DNA of 64,000 nucleotides from Candidatus Bathyarchaeia archaeon (GTDB lineage Archaea > Thermoproteota > Bathyarchaeia > Bathyarchaeales > Bathycorpusculaceae): assembly GCA_050012255.1 (NCBI GenBank), contig JBEKHN010000010.1:22579-86578 (forward strand), written 5' to 3'. The notes under the pieces were generated by a model. That model saw nothing but the letters and a program-made list of their open reading frames with translations, was not told the DNA's origin and did not search any database. Position 1 is the first letter of the stretch, and each line of letters begins with the position of its first letter. Of the stretch, positions 1-10,371 are shown piece by piece. The position numbers and the translations under genes were made by a program.

Positions 1-1
1 C

Positions 2-478
2 TTGGAAAAAGCAAGCATATCAGTCAACAGACGTTTGATTGTCCAGGCCACCCCCACCTACGACATGAAGGCCCACATCGAGGTAGACGAGAGCACAAGC
101 GTCACGTTTCCCCTGATGAGACTCCGCAAGGTTGAAAGAGAATTCTACAAGTTCGGCGGCGAAGTCGACTCTGACAGCGTCAGAAAAGGTCTGCGAACAC
201 TCGGGGTCGACAAGCGCTTGATGCTCATCGAACCGATGGAGAAAGGCCACAGAGAGAGCACGGTCGTGGGCCGAGAGGAGCACGTTGCAAAAACGTTAGG
301 CATAGCTGTGGAAACAGTGCTGGACCGGGTTCATGCCCTTCTCAGAAGAGACGAAGTCGGCAGAACAGGCGTCTTCATAAAACAGGAGCTTGCTCCAAGC
401 GAAACTTTCGAGATGGTCCTGAGAAGGCTTGTCAGAGAGAATCCTGCAGTTCGCAGGCGACTGAAAAGCCTATCTTAA
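2..478 (+). CDS. Predicted nucleotidyltransferase, archaeal COG2413-like, 5'-truncated by the window edge
   Basis: EFYKFGG, GVDKRL and RRDEVGRTGVF segments resemble this family; adjacent to tbp. Confidence 0.7.
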   Translation: MEKASISVNRRLIVQATPTYDMKAHIEVDESTSVTFPLMRLRKVEREFYKFGGEVDSDSVRKGLRTLGVDKRLMLIEPMEKGHRESTVVGREEHVAKTLGIAVETVLDRVHALLRRDEVGRTGVFIKQELAPSETFEMVLRRLVRENPAVRRRLKSLS

Positions 479-481
479 GCT

Positions 482-1051
482 TCACGCATCAGGGGGGTAA
501 AAGATGAGCTCCTTTTCCTCCAGTAGCTTCTGAAGCTTGCCGACCGCTTCGTAAACGTCTCCCTCCCGCTTTGCCCCCACGCACACCAGCTTTCCAGCTG
601 AGAATATGAGGAACACAACCTTCGGGTCATCCATCCTGTAGACTGCTCCCGGAAACTGCTCGGGCTCATACATCACTTTTTGAAGCTTGTAGACAACGTT
701 TTCCAAGTCTATTTCTCCGTTTAACTCTGCAGAAGCAACGATGTTCTGGATTTTAACCTCAGGCTTGTTTGGAAGCGGTATCCCATGGCTTCGCAGCTCC
801 TTAGTAACCTTGTTCACCGCTTGAACCGCTTCCTTCTCAGATTTCGCACCTGTGCAGACCATCTTACCCGTCTCAAATATGAGAGTAGCCGTCTTCGGCT
901 TCTTCAGCCGGAAAACGAGTCCCGGGAACACACGGGGGCTGTACTCAGCAAAGGGGAACTTCTGAACTATCTTTCCCAAGTTTATCCTCTGGTTAAGCGC
1001 CGCTGACGCAACAATGTTTTGAAGCCGTATCGTAGGTTTTGTCTTCGGCAT
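482..1051 (-). CDS. tbp: TATA-box-binding protein
   Basis: Two repeats of NIVAS...FPG.V.R...P....LIF..GK.VC.GAK. Confidence 0.97.
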   Translation of the reverse strand: MPKTKPTIRLQNIVASAALNQRINLGKIVQKFPFAEYSPRVFPGLVFRLKKPKTATLIFETGKMVCTGAKSEKEAVQAVNKVTKELRSHGIPLPNKPEVKIQNIVASAELNGEIDLENVVYKLQKVMYEPEQFPGAVYRMDDPKVVFLIFSAGKLVCVGAKREGDVYEAVGKLQKLLEEKELIFYPPDA

Positions 1052-1143
1052 TATTTCATCTCAAACTCATTCGACTGATATAGCATGGCTTTATATAATA
1101 CCTTTTAGGCAAACCAAACCAGATTGAACGGAAAATCAAGTGT

Positions 1144-2031
1144 TCAATAGCTCTCTTCTGTTTGCGAGCGACCCCATTTCTTGACAAAGTCATAGCCAAT
1201 TGTGAACACGAACTGGAGTCCTATGGCAAGCAAAATACCGCTTGTAAATGGAATATTATCGTAAAACGATTTTTCATTTATGTCAATAGCTTCGATGGTT
1301 ACGGAGTTCTGAAGTGTTCCAGCGTCCCATGTCATCGATGCCTGGGCTTGTGTTACATTGAAGTGTGATGGAGGATATTCAAGTCCTCTATTCAGAGGGA
1401 ATGTCGTGGTTGGCCTAAAGCCCACAGGAAGTGCAACATACAGCGTGATATTCACACCACCAGAATTGAATGGCACTTTGAGTGCTTGCCATAGGTCCCG
1501 AACCACTTCAAAATCCATACCCATTCCGAATGGAAGAATGATTGTGTATGACCCTCTGGTTCCATCCTGAAATGTGTTTTCAATCACGAAATCGCCCCAT
1601 ATTTCATGACCCAATCCCCATGAAGAGACGTTGTCTACTACATATTGGAGCCAGATTGCTGAACCGTGAGGCCTCGATCTCGTTGCCATTTTTTCAGATG
1701 CACCAGTTTGTTCCAGAATGTTGAAAGGAAAGGCAAAAATGAAGTTATAAGTACCATTCGCATTGCAAATGAAGTAATAATCAAAAAACAAATGCGGCGG
1801 ATTGACTGATACCAGAACTGTCATCGTGACAGGCGTGATGCTGCTGGTGTTATGAGCAATCTCAAAACCGCTGTAGCCTGCTTTGAACGAATAAACAGGT
1901 GCACTGTAAAAACTGACGAGATAATAGGAAGCAAAGCCAATGCAAATAAGTCCTATTAAAAAGAGTGCGATCATGGTCCATCTGGTAATCTCTCTACGGT
2001 AAAACCGCATCCTCAGTCTAATTGTCCTCAT
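1144..2031 (-). CDS. Hypothetical membrane protein with N- and C-terminal TM helices
   Basis: 295-aa ORF; hydrophobic ends flanking an Asn/Thr-rich domain. Confidence 0.7.
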   Translation of the reverse strand: MRTIRLRMRFYRREITRWTMIALFLIGLICIGFASYYLVSFYSAPVYSFKAGYSGFEIAHNTSSITPVTMTVLVSVNPPHLFFDYYFICNANGTYNFIFAFPFNILEQTGASEKMATRSRPHGSAIWLQYVVDNVSSWGLGHEIWGDFVIENTFQDGTRGSYTIILPFGMGMDFEVVRDLWQALKVPFNSGGVNITLYVALPVGFRPTTTFPLNRGLEYPPSHFNVTQAQASMTWDAGTLQNSVTIEAIDINEKSFYDNIPFTSGILLAIGLQFVFTIGYDFVKKWGRSQTEESY

Positions 2032-2099
2032 GGTTCTTTCTAATTGTCATCTTGGCGTTATAAAGTTACTTCGCAAGTTCGTAAATACTAAAAAAAAGA

Positions 2100-2234
2100 T
2101 TACGGCAAGGCGTACAATTTCTTCGCTCTGCCTTCCTTCGGCTCAACAGCCTTAACCTTGCCGTCCTTGATCAACTTTTCCATCCGTGTCCTCACCATCT
2201 GCCTGCCCTTGTCTGGGTTGGTTAGCCTGCGTCC
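2100..2234 (-). pseudogene. C-terminal remnant of a winged-helix-like protein
   Basis: Translates GRRLTNPDKGRQMVRTRMEKLIKDGKVKAVEPKEGRAKKLYALP*; in-frame stop shortly upstream; not in ORF track. Confidence 0.45.
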
Positions 2235-2282
2235 TAAAGAATTATAAGACAGAAAACAACCTGTTGTTTAAACTGAGAAAGC

Positions 2283-2993
2283 ATGGCTGAGAACATAGGA
2301 AACCAATTCTGGCAAATTCTTACATATATCTTGATACCTGTTGCAGCAATAATCGTCACAGTCACTCTGTGGTTCAAGGGTCGCCGACGTAAAGACTTGT
2401 CTTTCTTAGCATCCTGCACCGCTGTCCTGCCAAAGGTAGAGGATACAGTTGGAGAGAAGTTGAAGATACTGTTTGATGGCAGATGGGTCAGGCAGATATA
2501 TCTCAATACTGTCACGCTCTTGTGTTCTGGCAATGAACCGATAAGGGCTGACGACTACGAAAAGCCAATTGAAGTGAATTTCGGAACTGATGTTAGAATA
2601 CTTTCAGCAGAAATTGTCAAACCGTCTAAGAGATGCCTCGAACCTGCAATCATAATCGAAAGAGGATCAGTGCACCTCACACCGATTCTTATGAACCATG
2701 GAGACAGGATAGATATGAAGATAATAACAGGAAGTCGCCCTGAGAAAACAGCGATACGTGCTCGGATAGCAGGTGTAGATGAAATAAAGGCGATAAACAG
2801 GCACGAAAGGATGAGCTTTTGGGCTGCTGAGCTCGGAGTGGGATTCTTGCTTGCGACATTTGTATTGGTTGTTCCATTAACACAAGGGTTTACTTACTTT
2901 TTCGGTTGGCAGCTCGTTGGATTTCTAATACTGGCTTCTGTTGGAATCTCGCTAATTGCAATAAGCCATTTCATATCAGGACCGAAGCTATAA
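2283..2993 (+). CDS. Hypothetical membrane protein (1 N-terminal and 2 C-terminal TMs)
   Basis: 236-aa ORF; NEPIRADDYEKPI soluble domain between hydrophobic segments. Confidence 0.75.
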   Translation: MAENIGNQFWQILTYILIPVAAIIVTVTLWFKGRRRKDLSFLASCTAVLPKVEDTVGEKLKILFDGRWVRQIYLNTVTLLCSGNEPIRADDYEKPIEVNFGTDVRILSAEIVKPSKRCLEPAIIIERGSVHLTPILMNHGDRIDMKIITGSRPEKTAIRARIAGVDEIKAINRHERMSFWAAELGVGFLLATFVLVVPLTQGFTYFFGWQLVGFLILASVGISLIAISHFISGPKL

Positions 2994-3322
2994 TTCATGT
3001 GATACCGAGCCTCAATGACAAGCCATGCTTCGAACGGATTTCGACTGGATTTCGAACTTTGCTCATCAACTTTCGAACCCCCTCACAGCGCAACCGTATG
3101 GAAATCATCCAGTCGAAGCGTCGAAAAATCCCATCAATTCCCATTCGAAGAAGCGAAAAATTTAAAGATTGCCGCTCGACAATAGCATGCAAGCGCGCGC
3201 GGGACGTATTTAGGACTACCTATAGTGTTTTGGTTTAGTTACGCAATCATATTATACAGTTTTGATTCGAGCGCGGGCTTCTTGCATTCGAGAATGGATG
3301 CACGGTTGATTTTTTTCGAGGT

Positions 3323-4402
3323 TCAGAAAACTGGGTAGCGAAGAAGCGCGGCTATCCCGCCCAAAGCAAGCAGTTTTAACCCCGCTTCATGCTCAGTGCT
3401 CACAATCATAGTGGTACCACCGCCCTTCTGTTCAACGGTCCTCATGATCTCCTCGACCAGCAAGCGCTTCTGTTCGTCAGCCTTACGGAGCACCGCATCT
3501 GCCAAAACAAGTTTTTCAACAGCCCCAAACTTCGCTGCCTTCTCAACCTCTTCAAAACCGTAACTAACGTTTGATTCGCCCTTTCCTAGCCTCTTCAAAA
3601 CTTCTTCTACCACTCTTGCTTCTTCAGAAACCCGCAGATGCTTCACCGCTTTCAGAAGTATTCCTGCGCGTAGCGCCTCGTATATTCCAGCAACACCGCC
3701 GCTGTTGACACTTTTCACGTCTACCACCGACTTCGCCAAGTCGGCCGCCTCGTTCTCTATGAACTTTGCAAAATCATTCTTTGTGAAGCCGACGCCGATG
3801 ACTGCTATGGGGCTACGCGTCTGGGTCCAGATTTCCCGCAGACTGTTGAGTGCTCCCCTAAAGTATACGCTCGTAGCGGCATCTCTCTTCTCAGTCTCCA
3901 GCTTTCCAGGAAGCCTCATTCTCTGCTCAACCCTTTCTTCAACGCCGTACTGAGCCGTTGTAGCAATGGCATAGCCCTCGTCGTCTATCGAGATTATTAT
4001 GATCGGTTTCTCAGAAGTCTTGCTCGCCCTCTGTAACCTCTCAATTTCATGTTCAGCCCAATCCTCTTTAACGATCGTCATCGGCGTGTTGAGCGTGATG
4101 TTAAGCGTGTGGTGCACACCTGATGGAACGTCTTCAGACGCATCGCGGATGATTCCGTGAACTCTGAGCCTGCTTACGAGCTTGTCCCAGTCTACCTTTT
4201 CAACGCTGACGCCCAGAAAAACAGGGATTCTTTCTCCGCGCTTGGGTCTCCCGTACTTCTCGTCAACCTTCACTTCTCGAGTTGTTCTAGCGTAAACCAG
4301 GTCATCCTTGCGAATAATGTTGTACAGATGCCAGAAATCATCCGCTGTTTCAGGAACAACCTTCACATACTCCTTCTTGCGGTTTATTTCCAGTATTCTC
4401 AA
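3323..4402 (-). CDS. pelA: mRNA surveillance protein Pelota (aDom34)
   Basis: PETADDFWHL, HHTLNI, YGFEEV, LGGIAALLRY; start moved to TTG at 4402. Confidence 0.95.
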   Translation of the reverse strand: MRILEINRKKEYVKVVPETADDFWHLYNIIRKDDLVYARTTREVKVDEKYGRPKRGERIPVFLGVSVEKVDWDKLVSRLRVHGIIRDASEDVPSGVHHTLNITLNTPMTIVKEDWAEHEIERLQRASKTSEKPIIIISIDDEGYAIATTAQYGVEERVEQRMRLPGKLETEKRDAATSVYFRGALNSLREIWTQTRSPIAVIGVGFTKNDFAKFIENEAADLAKSVVDVKSVNSGGVAGIYEALRAGILLKAVKHLRVSEEARVVEEVLKRLGKGESNVSYGFEEVEKAAKFGAVEKLVLADAVLRKADEQKRLLVEEIMRTVEQKGGGTTMIVSTEHEAGLKLLALGGIAALLRYPVF

Positions 4403-4607
4403 GGCTCTCAGCCTGCAAGCTTGGTGTTCAACATCCAATAATCCCTTCGCCTATTAAAGGTGTAAATCCAGCAACACGAGGCCAAACGGTTCAGTTCTTT
4501 GAGGCAGAAGATCGGTTTGGTTTGAAGTCTTCTCTCAACTTCATGTCGAAAAGTCTATTTGTTCGTCTTGTGTTGCTCTTGCTTCAAAATCGTGAAGGCC
4601 ACCGTGT

Positions 4608-6731
4608 TTGGTCATCGCCGAGTTCAGGTACAAGCTAAACAGGGTTGAAAGAGGCTACAACAACAGAACTCTGTACGTAAACCTCTCAAACATGCAGGTC
4701 GCAAGCAAACCAGTCAGTCAAGAGATGAAGGAAAAATTCATAGGCGGTCGCGGCTTCAACCTCTGGCTTCTCTGGAATGCCCTGCCTAGGGACCGTATCG
4801 TCAAATGGGACGACCCTGAAAACGAAATTTGCATCGCATGCGGCCCATTAGGCGGAACACCTGTATATCCGGGCAGTGGAAAGAGCATAGCTGTTTCGAT
4901 ATCTCCGTTGACCGACACCGTTGTCGACTCGAACGTTGGCGGATACTTTGGACCTTACTTGAAATTTGCGGGATGGGACGCGCTTGAAATTCAGGGAAAA
5001 GCCAAGTCTGAAGTCGTTGTTCTAATCGACGGTGACGAAGGCAAGGTTCAAATTGAAAGTGCCTCACAACTGCCATCAGAGACTTATCCGATTACGGACT
5101 ATTTGGCCAAGAAATATGGCGGAGAGAACGGCCGATGCGTATCCATAGTTTCTTCAGGTCCAGGCGCTGAGCACACGCGATTTGGATGCCTTAACCTCTC
5201 ATGGTACGACGCTGCACGCAAGATCCACAGGTTCAAACAGGCCGGCAGAGGGGGAATAGGCACAGTCCTCAGGAACAAGAGGGTGAAGGCAATAGCTGTC
5301 AAGTACTCTGGCAAGATTTCAGTAGACACAAACGGCCCGGCTGACCCAGAAATGTTTAAGCAGGTTGGCACGGCTCACAGTCAGGAGATCAGAAACCTTG
5401 ACCCAACACAAAACGAAATGGCGTCTGTCGGCACGACTCATCTCGTGCTGATAATGAACGACTTCGACCTGCTTCCCATAAACAACTTCAGGTTCGGTAG
5501 CAACCCTGAAGCAGAGAAATTGGGACGCGAAGTCTACAGAAAGAAGTTCCACAAAGGCTTTGACGGTTGCTGGATGGGCTGCGCAATGTCATGCGCCCAC
5601 GGCGTCAAAGACTTTGAGCTCAAAACAGGTCCCTACAAGGGGCAGAAAGTATTCGTGAACGGACCAGAATACGAAACAATCGCCGGCGTAGGAAGCAACT
5701 GTGGAATATTCGATGCCGACTATGTTGTTGAAATGAACTTTTACTGCGATACGTACGGCTTGGACACAATTTCAGTGGGCACAGCCACCGCCTTTGCAAT
5801 GGAATGCTACGAGATGGGACTCATCGACAAGAGAGCGACTGAGGGTATGGACTTGAGGTTCGGCAACAAGGAAGCGGCTCTTGAGTTGGTTCATCAGATG
5901 GCGAAGGGTGTAGGCTTCGGCGTCGTGATTGGACAAGGGATCAGACGGATGAAGAGGCTTTTCGCAGAGAAATACGGCGCAGACTCCAAGGTCCTGCAAG
6001 AAATCGGCATGGAATCAAAAGGGTTAGAGTTCTCCGAGTATGTGACAAAGGAATCGTTAGCCCAGCAGGGCGGCTACGGGCTTGCCCTGAAAGGTCCTCA
6101 GCATGACGAGGCTTGGCTCATATTCTTAGACATGGTGCACAACTTGATGCCCACCTTTGAGCAGAAGGCTGAAAACCTGCACTGGTTCCCCATGTTCCGC
6201 ACTTGGTTTGGCCTGAACGGCCTTTGCAAACTTCCGTGGAACGACGTTGTTCCAATGGACAACAAGGAGACGAAAGAACCGGCCAAGGTTATTTCGCACG
6301 TCGAAAATTATGCGAAGTTTTTCTCAGCGGTCACGGGCATCAAGACTACTCGGGACGATTTGATCTTCATGAGCGAGAGCGTCTACAACTTTCAACGAAT
6401 CCTCAGCCTGAGGATGGGTTTCGGCACCCGTCAGCATGACACATTACCCTACCGCGCTGTAGGCCCAGTAACCAGGGAAGAGTACGAAAGCAGAGCAGAA
6501 CGCTACGATGAGCAGCTTAAGGAAAAACTCGGTTACAACCCTCAGGGCAAGTCAACAGAGGAGAAGATAGCTGTTCTGAGGAAGTACAGAGAGACGGAGT
6601 ACGAGAGACTGAAAGACGCTGTTTACGCAAGACGAGGTTGGAACGCAAACGGCGTGCCCACTGTCGAGAAAGTGAAAGCTTTGGGAATAGACTACCCCGA
6701 CGTGGTGGACTTGCTCGAGAAGCACGTCTGA
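4608..6731 (+). CDS. aor: Tungsten-containing aldehyde:ferredoxin oxidoreductase family protein
   Basis: FIGGRG, AGRGGIG, CWMGCAMSC, GPEYET, CDTYGLDTIS, RGWNANGVPT. Confidence 0.93.
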   Translation: MVIAEFRYKLNRVERGYNNRTLYVNLSNMQVASKPVSQEMKEKFIGGRGFNLWLLWNALPRDRIVKWDDPENEICIACGPLGGTPVYPGSGKSIAVSISPLTDTVVDSNVGGYFGPYLKFAGWDALEIQGKAKSEVVVLIDGDEGKVQIESASQLPSETYPITDYLAKKYGGENGRCVSIVSSGPGAEHTRFGCLNLSWYDAARKIHRFKQAGRGGIGTVLRNKRVKAIAVKYSGKISVDTNGPADPEMFKQVGTAHSQEIRNLDPTQNEMASVGTTHLVLIMNDFDLLPINNFRFGSNPEAEKLGREVYRKKFHKGFDGCWMGCAMSCAHGVKDFELKTGPYKGQKVFVNGPEYETIAGVGSNCGIFDADYVVEMNFYCDTYGLDTISVGTATAFAMECYEMGLIDKRATEGMDLRFGNKEAALELVHQMAKGVGFGVVIGQGIRRMKRLFAEKYGADSKVLQEIGMESKGLEFSEYVTKESLAQQGGYGLALKGPQHDEAWLIFLDMVHNLMPTFEQKAENLHWFPMFRTWFGLNGLCKLPWNDVVPMDNKETKEPAKVISHVENYAKFFSAVTGIKTTRDDLIFMSESVYNFQRILSLRMGFGTRQHDTLPYRAVGPVTREEYESRAERYDEQLKEKLGYNPQGKSTEEKIAVLRKYRETEYERLKDAVYARRGWNANGVPTVEKVKALGIDYPDVVDLLEKHV

Positions 6732-6844
6732 GCCAGCTTCTTGAAATCGTTCAGATGCCTTCATCTTTTGGATTTTCACAGAATCTAAAGCATTTAAAAG
6801 CATGTCTTCATCCACTAATGATAGTCTAGCATGGAGAATCTTCG

Positions 6845-9229
6845 ATGAAAGTCACTTTTTGGCTCTTAGACTTGAACTACGAGGTTAAGGACGACGTTCC
6901 AGAAATCTGGCTCTGGGGTGTGACCTGTTCTGGAGAAAGAGTGCTTGTCATAGACAGGAACTTTGTCTCGTACTTCTACGCTGTGATTGAAGAAGCGGCA
7001 GACCCTGAGAAGGTCGTCAACGAAATTGGTCAAGGTCGTTTTCCTTGTGTTTCGAAGCTTGAAATTGTTGAGCGAAAGTTCTTTGGAAAACCCGTGAAGG
7101 CTGTGAAGGTTTACTGCAAGAATCCTGATGTTATGCTGGATTATGCGAAGGCTCTTCGAAAGCTCGAAGGCGTCAAAGACTGTCTCGAAGACGACATTCG
7201 ATACACTATGCGGTACCTGATAGACAACAACGTTGTTCCATGCGGATGGCATGAAACAGAAGTAGTTGGCGAACCCAACAAAAGTAAGGCTCGAATTGAC
7301 AAGGCTTACTCAGCAAAATCGTTTCCGCGACTTCTTGAAAAGGTTGAAGCTCCGCCCCTGCGCATACTGGGCTTTTCATCAATCTACTACAGCAGAGAAG
7401 GCTCGCCTAAACCAGACAGAAATCCCGTGATAATTGTTTCAGCCGCAACCAACGGGGGTGAACATAAACAGTTCTTGGCCGGCGATGACAAGAGCGACAG
7501 GCCAGTATTGGAGGCTTTTGCGGAGTATGTTCGAAGCTTCGACCCAGACATAATCGTAGGCTACGGTAACAATGGGCAAGACTGGCCTTTTCTCAAAGAG
7601 AGATGCAAGAAGCTCGGCTTACGCTTGTACGTTGACAGGACTCAGACTGAACCTCACACGAGCGTGTACGGCCACGTTTCGCTGACCGGAAGGGCAAACC
7701 TGGACCTTGCAGATTATGCGGAGGAATTTCCAGAGGTAAAGGTCAAGACTCTGGTCAATCTTGCCGACTACTTGGGTATCATGAAGATTGAGAACCGAAG
7801 GATCATCGAAGACATAGACTTCGCAGACTTCTGGGACAGTGAAGACAAACGCGTGTTCTTGGCGAAGTTTTCGGCAGACAATACCCGTTGCATTATGGGT
7901 ATTGCAGAGGCGATTCTGGACTTCGCCATGCAGCTTTCCAATCTCGTAGGTCTGCCGCTGGACCATGCTGGAACAGCGGCTGCGGGCTTTCGTGTGGAAT
8001 GGTTTCTCATAAAGCGTACTCACAGGATCGGCGAGCTTGTGCCAAGGAGGGTTGAGCAGCCCTACAGGTCCTACGCGGGCGGTTTGGTGCTTCAGCCAGA
8101 GCCAGGGCTGCACGAAAACATCGCTGTCCTCGACTTCAAATCGATGTACCCCAACTTGATGATCAATTATAACCTCTCGCCGGACACCTACGTGTCGCCC
8201 AAGGATCCGTTGCCTGCTGGCGGAGCGTTCGAAGCTCCTGAAGTCAATCATAGGTTCCGAAGGGAGCCCCCCGGCTTCTACAAGGAGGTTCTGTCTTACC
8301 TGATTGAGGTTCGAGACGAGATCCGGCCGAAAATGAGTAAGCTCAAGCCGGGAAGTGTGGAGTATCGTGTCTTGGATGCTCGTCAGAAAGCCGTGAAGAT
8401 CTTAACCAACGCGTCCTATGGGTATGCTGGGTGGATAGGTGCAAGATGGTACGTGAAGCCTGTTGCTGAGGCAGCCGCTGCGTGGGGAAGACACACGATA
8501 CTGACAGCGATCGAAATGGCCAAAGAAGAGAAGTTGAAGGTTGTCTACGGTGACACTGACAGCATTTTTGTTGAGAATCGGCCAGAAAAGGTGGAGAAAC
8601 TGTCAAGAGAGATAAAGGAGAAAATGGGGTTGGAAGTCAAACCGGACGAGATCTACGTGCGCATTTTTTTCACTGAAGCAAAGAAGCGGTATGCTGGTCT
8701 TTTACCAGATGGGCGACTTAACATCGTTGGTATGGAGGTTGTACGCGGGGACTGGGCGGCCATTGCAAAGAAGGTGCAGGAAAAAGTCTTAGAGATCATC
8801 TTAAAGGAACAGTCGCCCAAGAAGGCTGCCGATTTCGTGCAGCAGTTCATCTGTGAGCTCAGACAGAAACGTGTTGCTTATCGAGACCTAATCATTTGGA
8901 AGACGCTGACCAAGCCTGCTAAAGAGTATGAGGTTAAGGCCTCCCACGTTGAGGCTGCCAAAATGCTTATGGCAAAGGGCTGGGAACTTGCCGTTGGCGA
9001 CAAGATCGGCTTCGTAGTCATTATGGGCACGGGGCGGCTCTATGAAAGGGTCAAACCGTACATGCTCGCTTCGTATGACGAAGTGGACTTGGAGTACTAC
9101 GTGTCGAAGCAGGTTGTGCCAGCTGCAACCAGGATTCTTGAAAGTTTTGGCATATCGGAAGAGCAACTTTTGCAGTCGGAAAAGGGAGAAAAAGAGACTA
9201 GAAAGCTCTCTGATTTCTTTGGAAACTAG
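6845..9229 (+). CDS. polB: Family B DNA polymerase (PolB3-like) with degenerate 3'-5' exonuclease motifs
   Basis: DFKSMYP, KILTNASYGY, YGDTDS, KKRY; C-terminal PIP-like KLSDFF. Confidence 0.95.
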   Translation: MKVTFWLLDLNYEVKDDVPEIWLWGVTCSGERVLVIDRNFVSYFYAVIEEAADPEKVVNEIGQGRFPCVSKLEIVERKFFGKPVKAVKVYCKNPDVMLDYAKALRKLEGVKDCLEDDIRYTMRYLIDNNVVPCGWHETEVVGEPNKSKARIDKAYSAKSFPRLLEKVEAPPLRILGFSSIYYSREGSPKPDRNPVIIVSAATNGGEHKQFLAGDDKSDRPVLEAFAEYVRSFDPDIIVGYGNNGQDWPFLKERCKKLGLRLYVDRTQTEPHTSVYGHVSLTGRANLDLADYAEEFPEVKVKTLVNLADYLGIMKIENRRIIEDIDFADFWDSEDKRVFLAKFSADNTRCIMGIAEAILDFAMQLSNLVGLPLDHAGTAAAGFRVEWFLIKRTHRIGELVPRRVEQPYRSYAGGLVLQPEPGLHENIAVLDFKSMYPNLMINYNLSPDTYVSPKDPLPAGGAFEAPEVNHRFRREPPGFYKEVLSYLIEVRDEIRPKMSKLKPGSVEYRVLDARQKAVKILTNASYGYAGWIGARWYVKPVAEAAAAWGRHTILTAIEMAKEEKLKVVYGDTDSIFVENRPEKVEKLSREIKEKMGLEVKPDEIYVRIFFTEAKKRYAGLLPDGRLNIVGMEVVRGDWAAIAKKVQEKVLEIILKEQSPKKAADFVQQFICELRQKRVAYRDLIIWKTLTKPAKEYEVKASHVEAAKMLMAKGWELAVGDKIGFVVIMGTGRLYERVKPYMLASYDEVDLEYYVSKQVVPAATRILESFGISEEQLLQSEKGEKETRKLSDFFGN

Positions 9230-10371
9230 CCTTCTGTAACATCCGGGAAGGTTACCAGCTGAACTGTCAACGATGGTTTTACAGCGTCTGATAGACGTGA
9301 AGCAATGATTCGTTTTATGTTCTTCTCGCTTGCAACGTCGACGATCCTCTGCGTTATGATGCCGTCGAAGACGACTGTGTCCACGCCTTCTGCCTGCTGA
9401 AGTTTTTCGGCAAGCTGGTTTACGGGTAATCGTTCTATCTGTTCGAGCTTTTCGTTTAAGAGAACTGCCTCTAAAGTGCCTTCAAGCGTCTTTATCGTTT
9501 CAACTATTTCTTTGGGAACCTCCGCCTTCAGCTTCTCTTTCTTCGGTGGCTTGTACTGTTCCAGAATTGGAACCTTGGCCGCCAACGCGTCAAAGATTTC
9601 TTTGCAGTTCAATTCTTCAACTTCTTTTCCCCTTGGCGCCCTAGCAATGTATTTCACGTCTGTTACCTGTTGCAGTTCCTTCAGGATTAAGTCTCCGCCC
9701 CTGTCTCCGTCAAGGAGGGCTGTGGCTTCTTTTTCCTTGCAGAGTTTCTTTATTGCCTCAGGAACCTTTGCCCCTTCCAAAGCCACCGTGTTCAACAGTC
9801 CGCATCGCATCAGGTTTATGATGTCCGCTCTGCCCTCAACAACAACTATTTCCTTTGCGCTTTCAAGCCCAGGTCCAGCGGGAAGTTCTTCAGGCCCGTA
9901 CTTCTCAACCTTACCGAGCTTCAAGGTTTCCGCGACTTCTTTGAACACTTCGTCGACCGAGGGCATGGACTCAATCGTCCACTTGTGAAGAATCTCTTTT
10001 GCTCTATCGATTATGATTTTTCTCCGCGCCTCTCTTACATCCTCGATTTTTTCAAGTGTAACCTTTGAAGCGCAGGGCCCCACTCTGTTTATGCTCTCTA
10101 TGCTTGAGGCGATCAATGCCGTGGAGACTCTGTCTAGGCTTGTTGGAATGGTTATAGTGCCCGTTGTCTTATCCTGTTTAGAGTGAAGTTCAATCTCTAT
10201 TCTTCCGATTCTGCCTGACTTCTGAAGTTCTCTAAGGTCGAGCTCCGGCCCAAAAAGACCTTCCGTCTGCCCGAAAACCGCTCCGATAACATCCGGCTTT
10301 TCAACTACGCCTTCTATTTCGAATTTAGCGTTTATAACGTACTTTATAGTAAACGTCTGTGACGAACCCGT
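9226..10371 (-). CDS. dnaG: Archaeal DnaG (Toprim, exosome-associated); non-canonical start
   Basis: VEGRAD and DGDRGG motifs; conserved KYVI...GVVEKPDVIGAVFGQTEG lies in frame up to 85 codons upstream of the ORF-track start. Confidence 0.93.
   Translation of the reverse strand, partial: TGSSQTFTIKYVINAKFEIEGVVEKPDVIGAVFGQTEGLFGPELDLRELQKSGRIGRIEIELHSKQDKTTGTITIPTSLDRVSTALIASSIESINRVGPCASKVTLEKIEDVREARRKIIIDRAKEILHKWTIESMPSVDEVFKEVAETLKLGKVEKYGPEELPAGPGLESAKEIVVVEGRADIINLMRCGLLNTVALEGAKVPEAIKKLCKEKEATALLDGDRGGDLILKELQQVTDVKYIARAPRGKEVEELNCKEIFDALAAKVPILEQYKPPKKEKLKAEVPKEIVETIKTLEGTLEAVLLNEKLEQIERLPVNQLAEKLQQAEGVDTVVFDGIITQRIVDVASEKNIKRIIASRLSDAVKPSLTVQLVTFPDVTEG

Noticed and set aside
7619-8251. 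Long antisense ORFs over polB and other core genes
   Set aside because: Shadow frames of well-supported genes with no motifs
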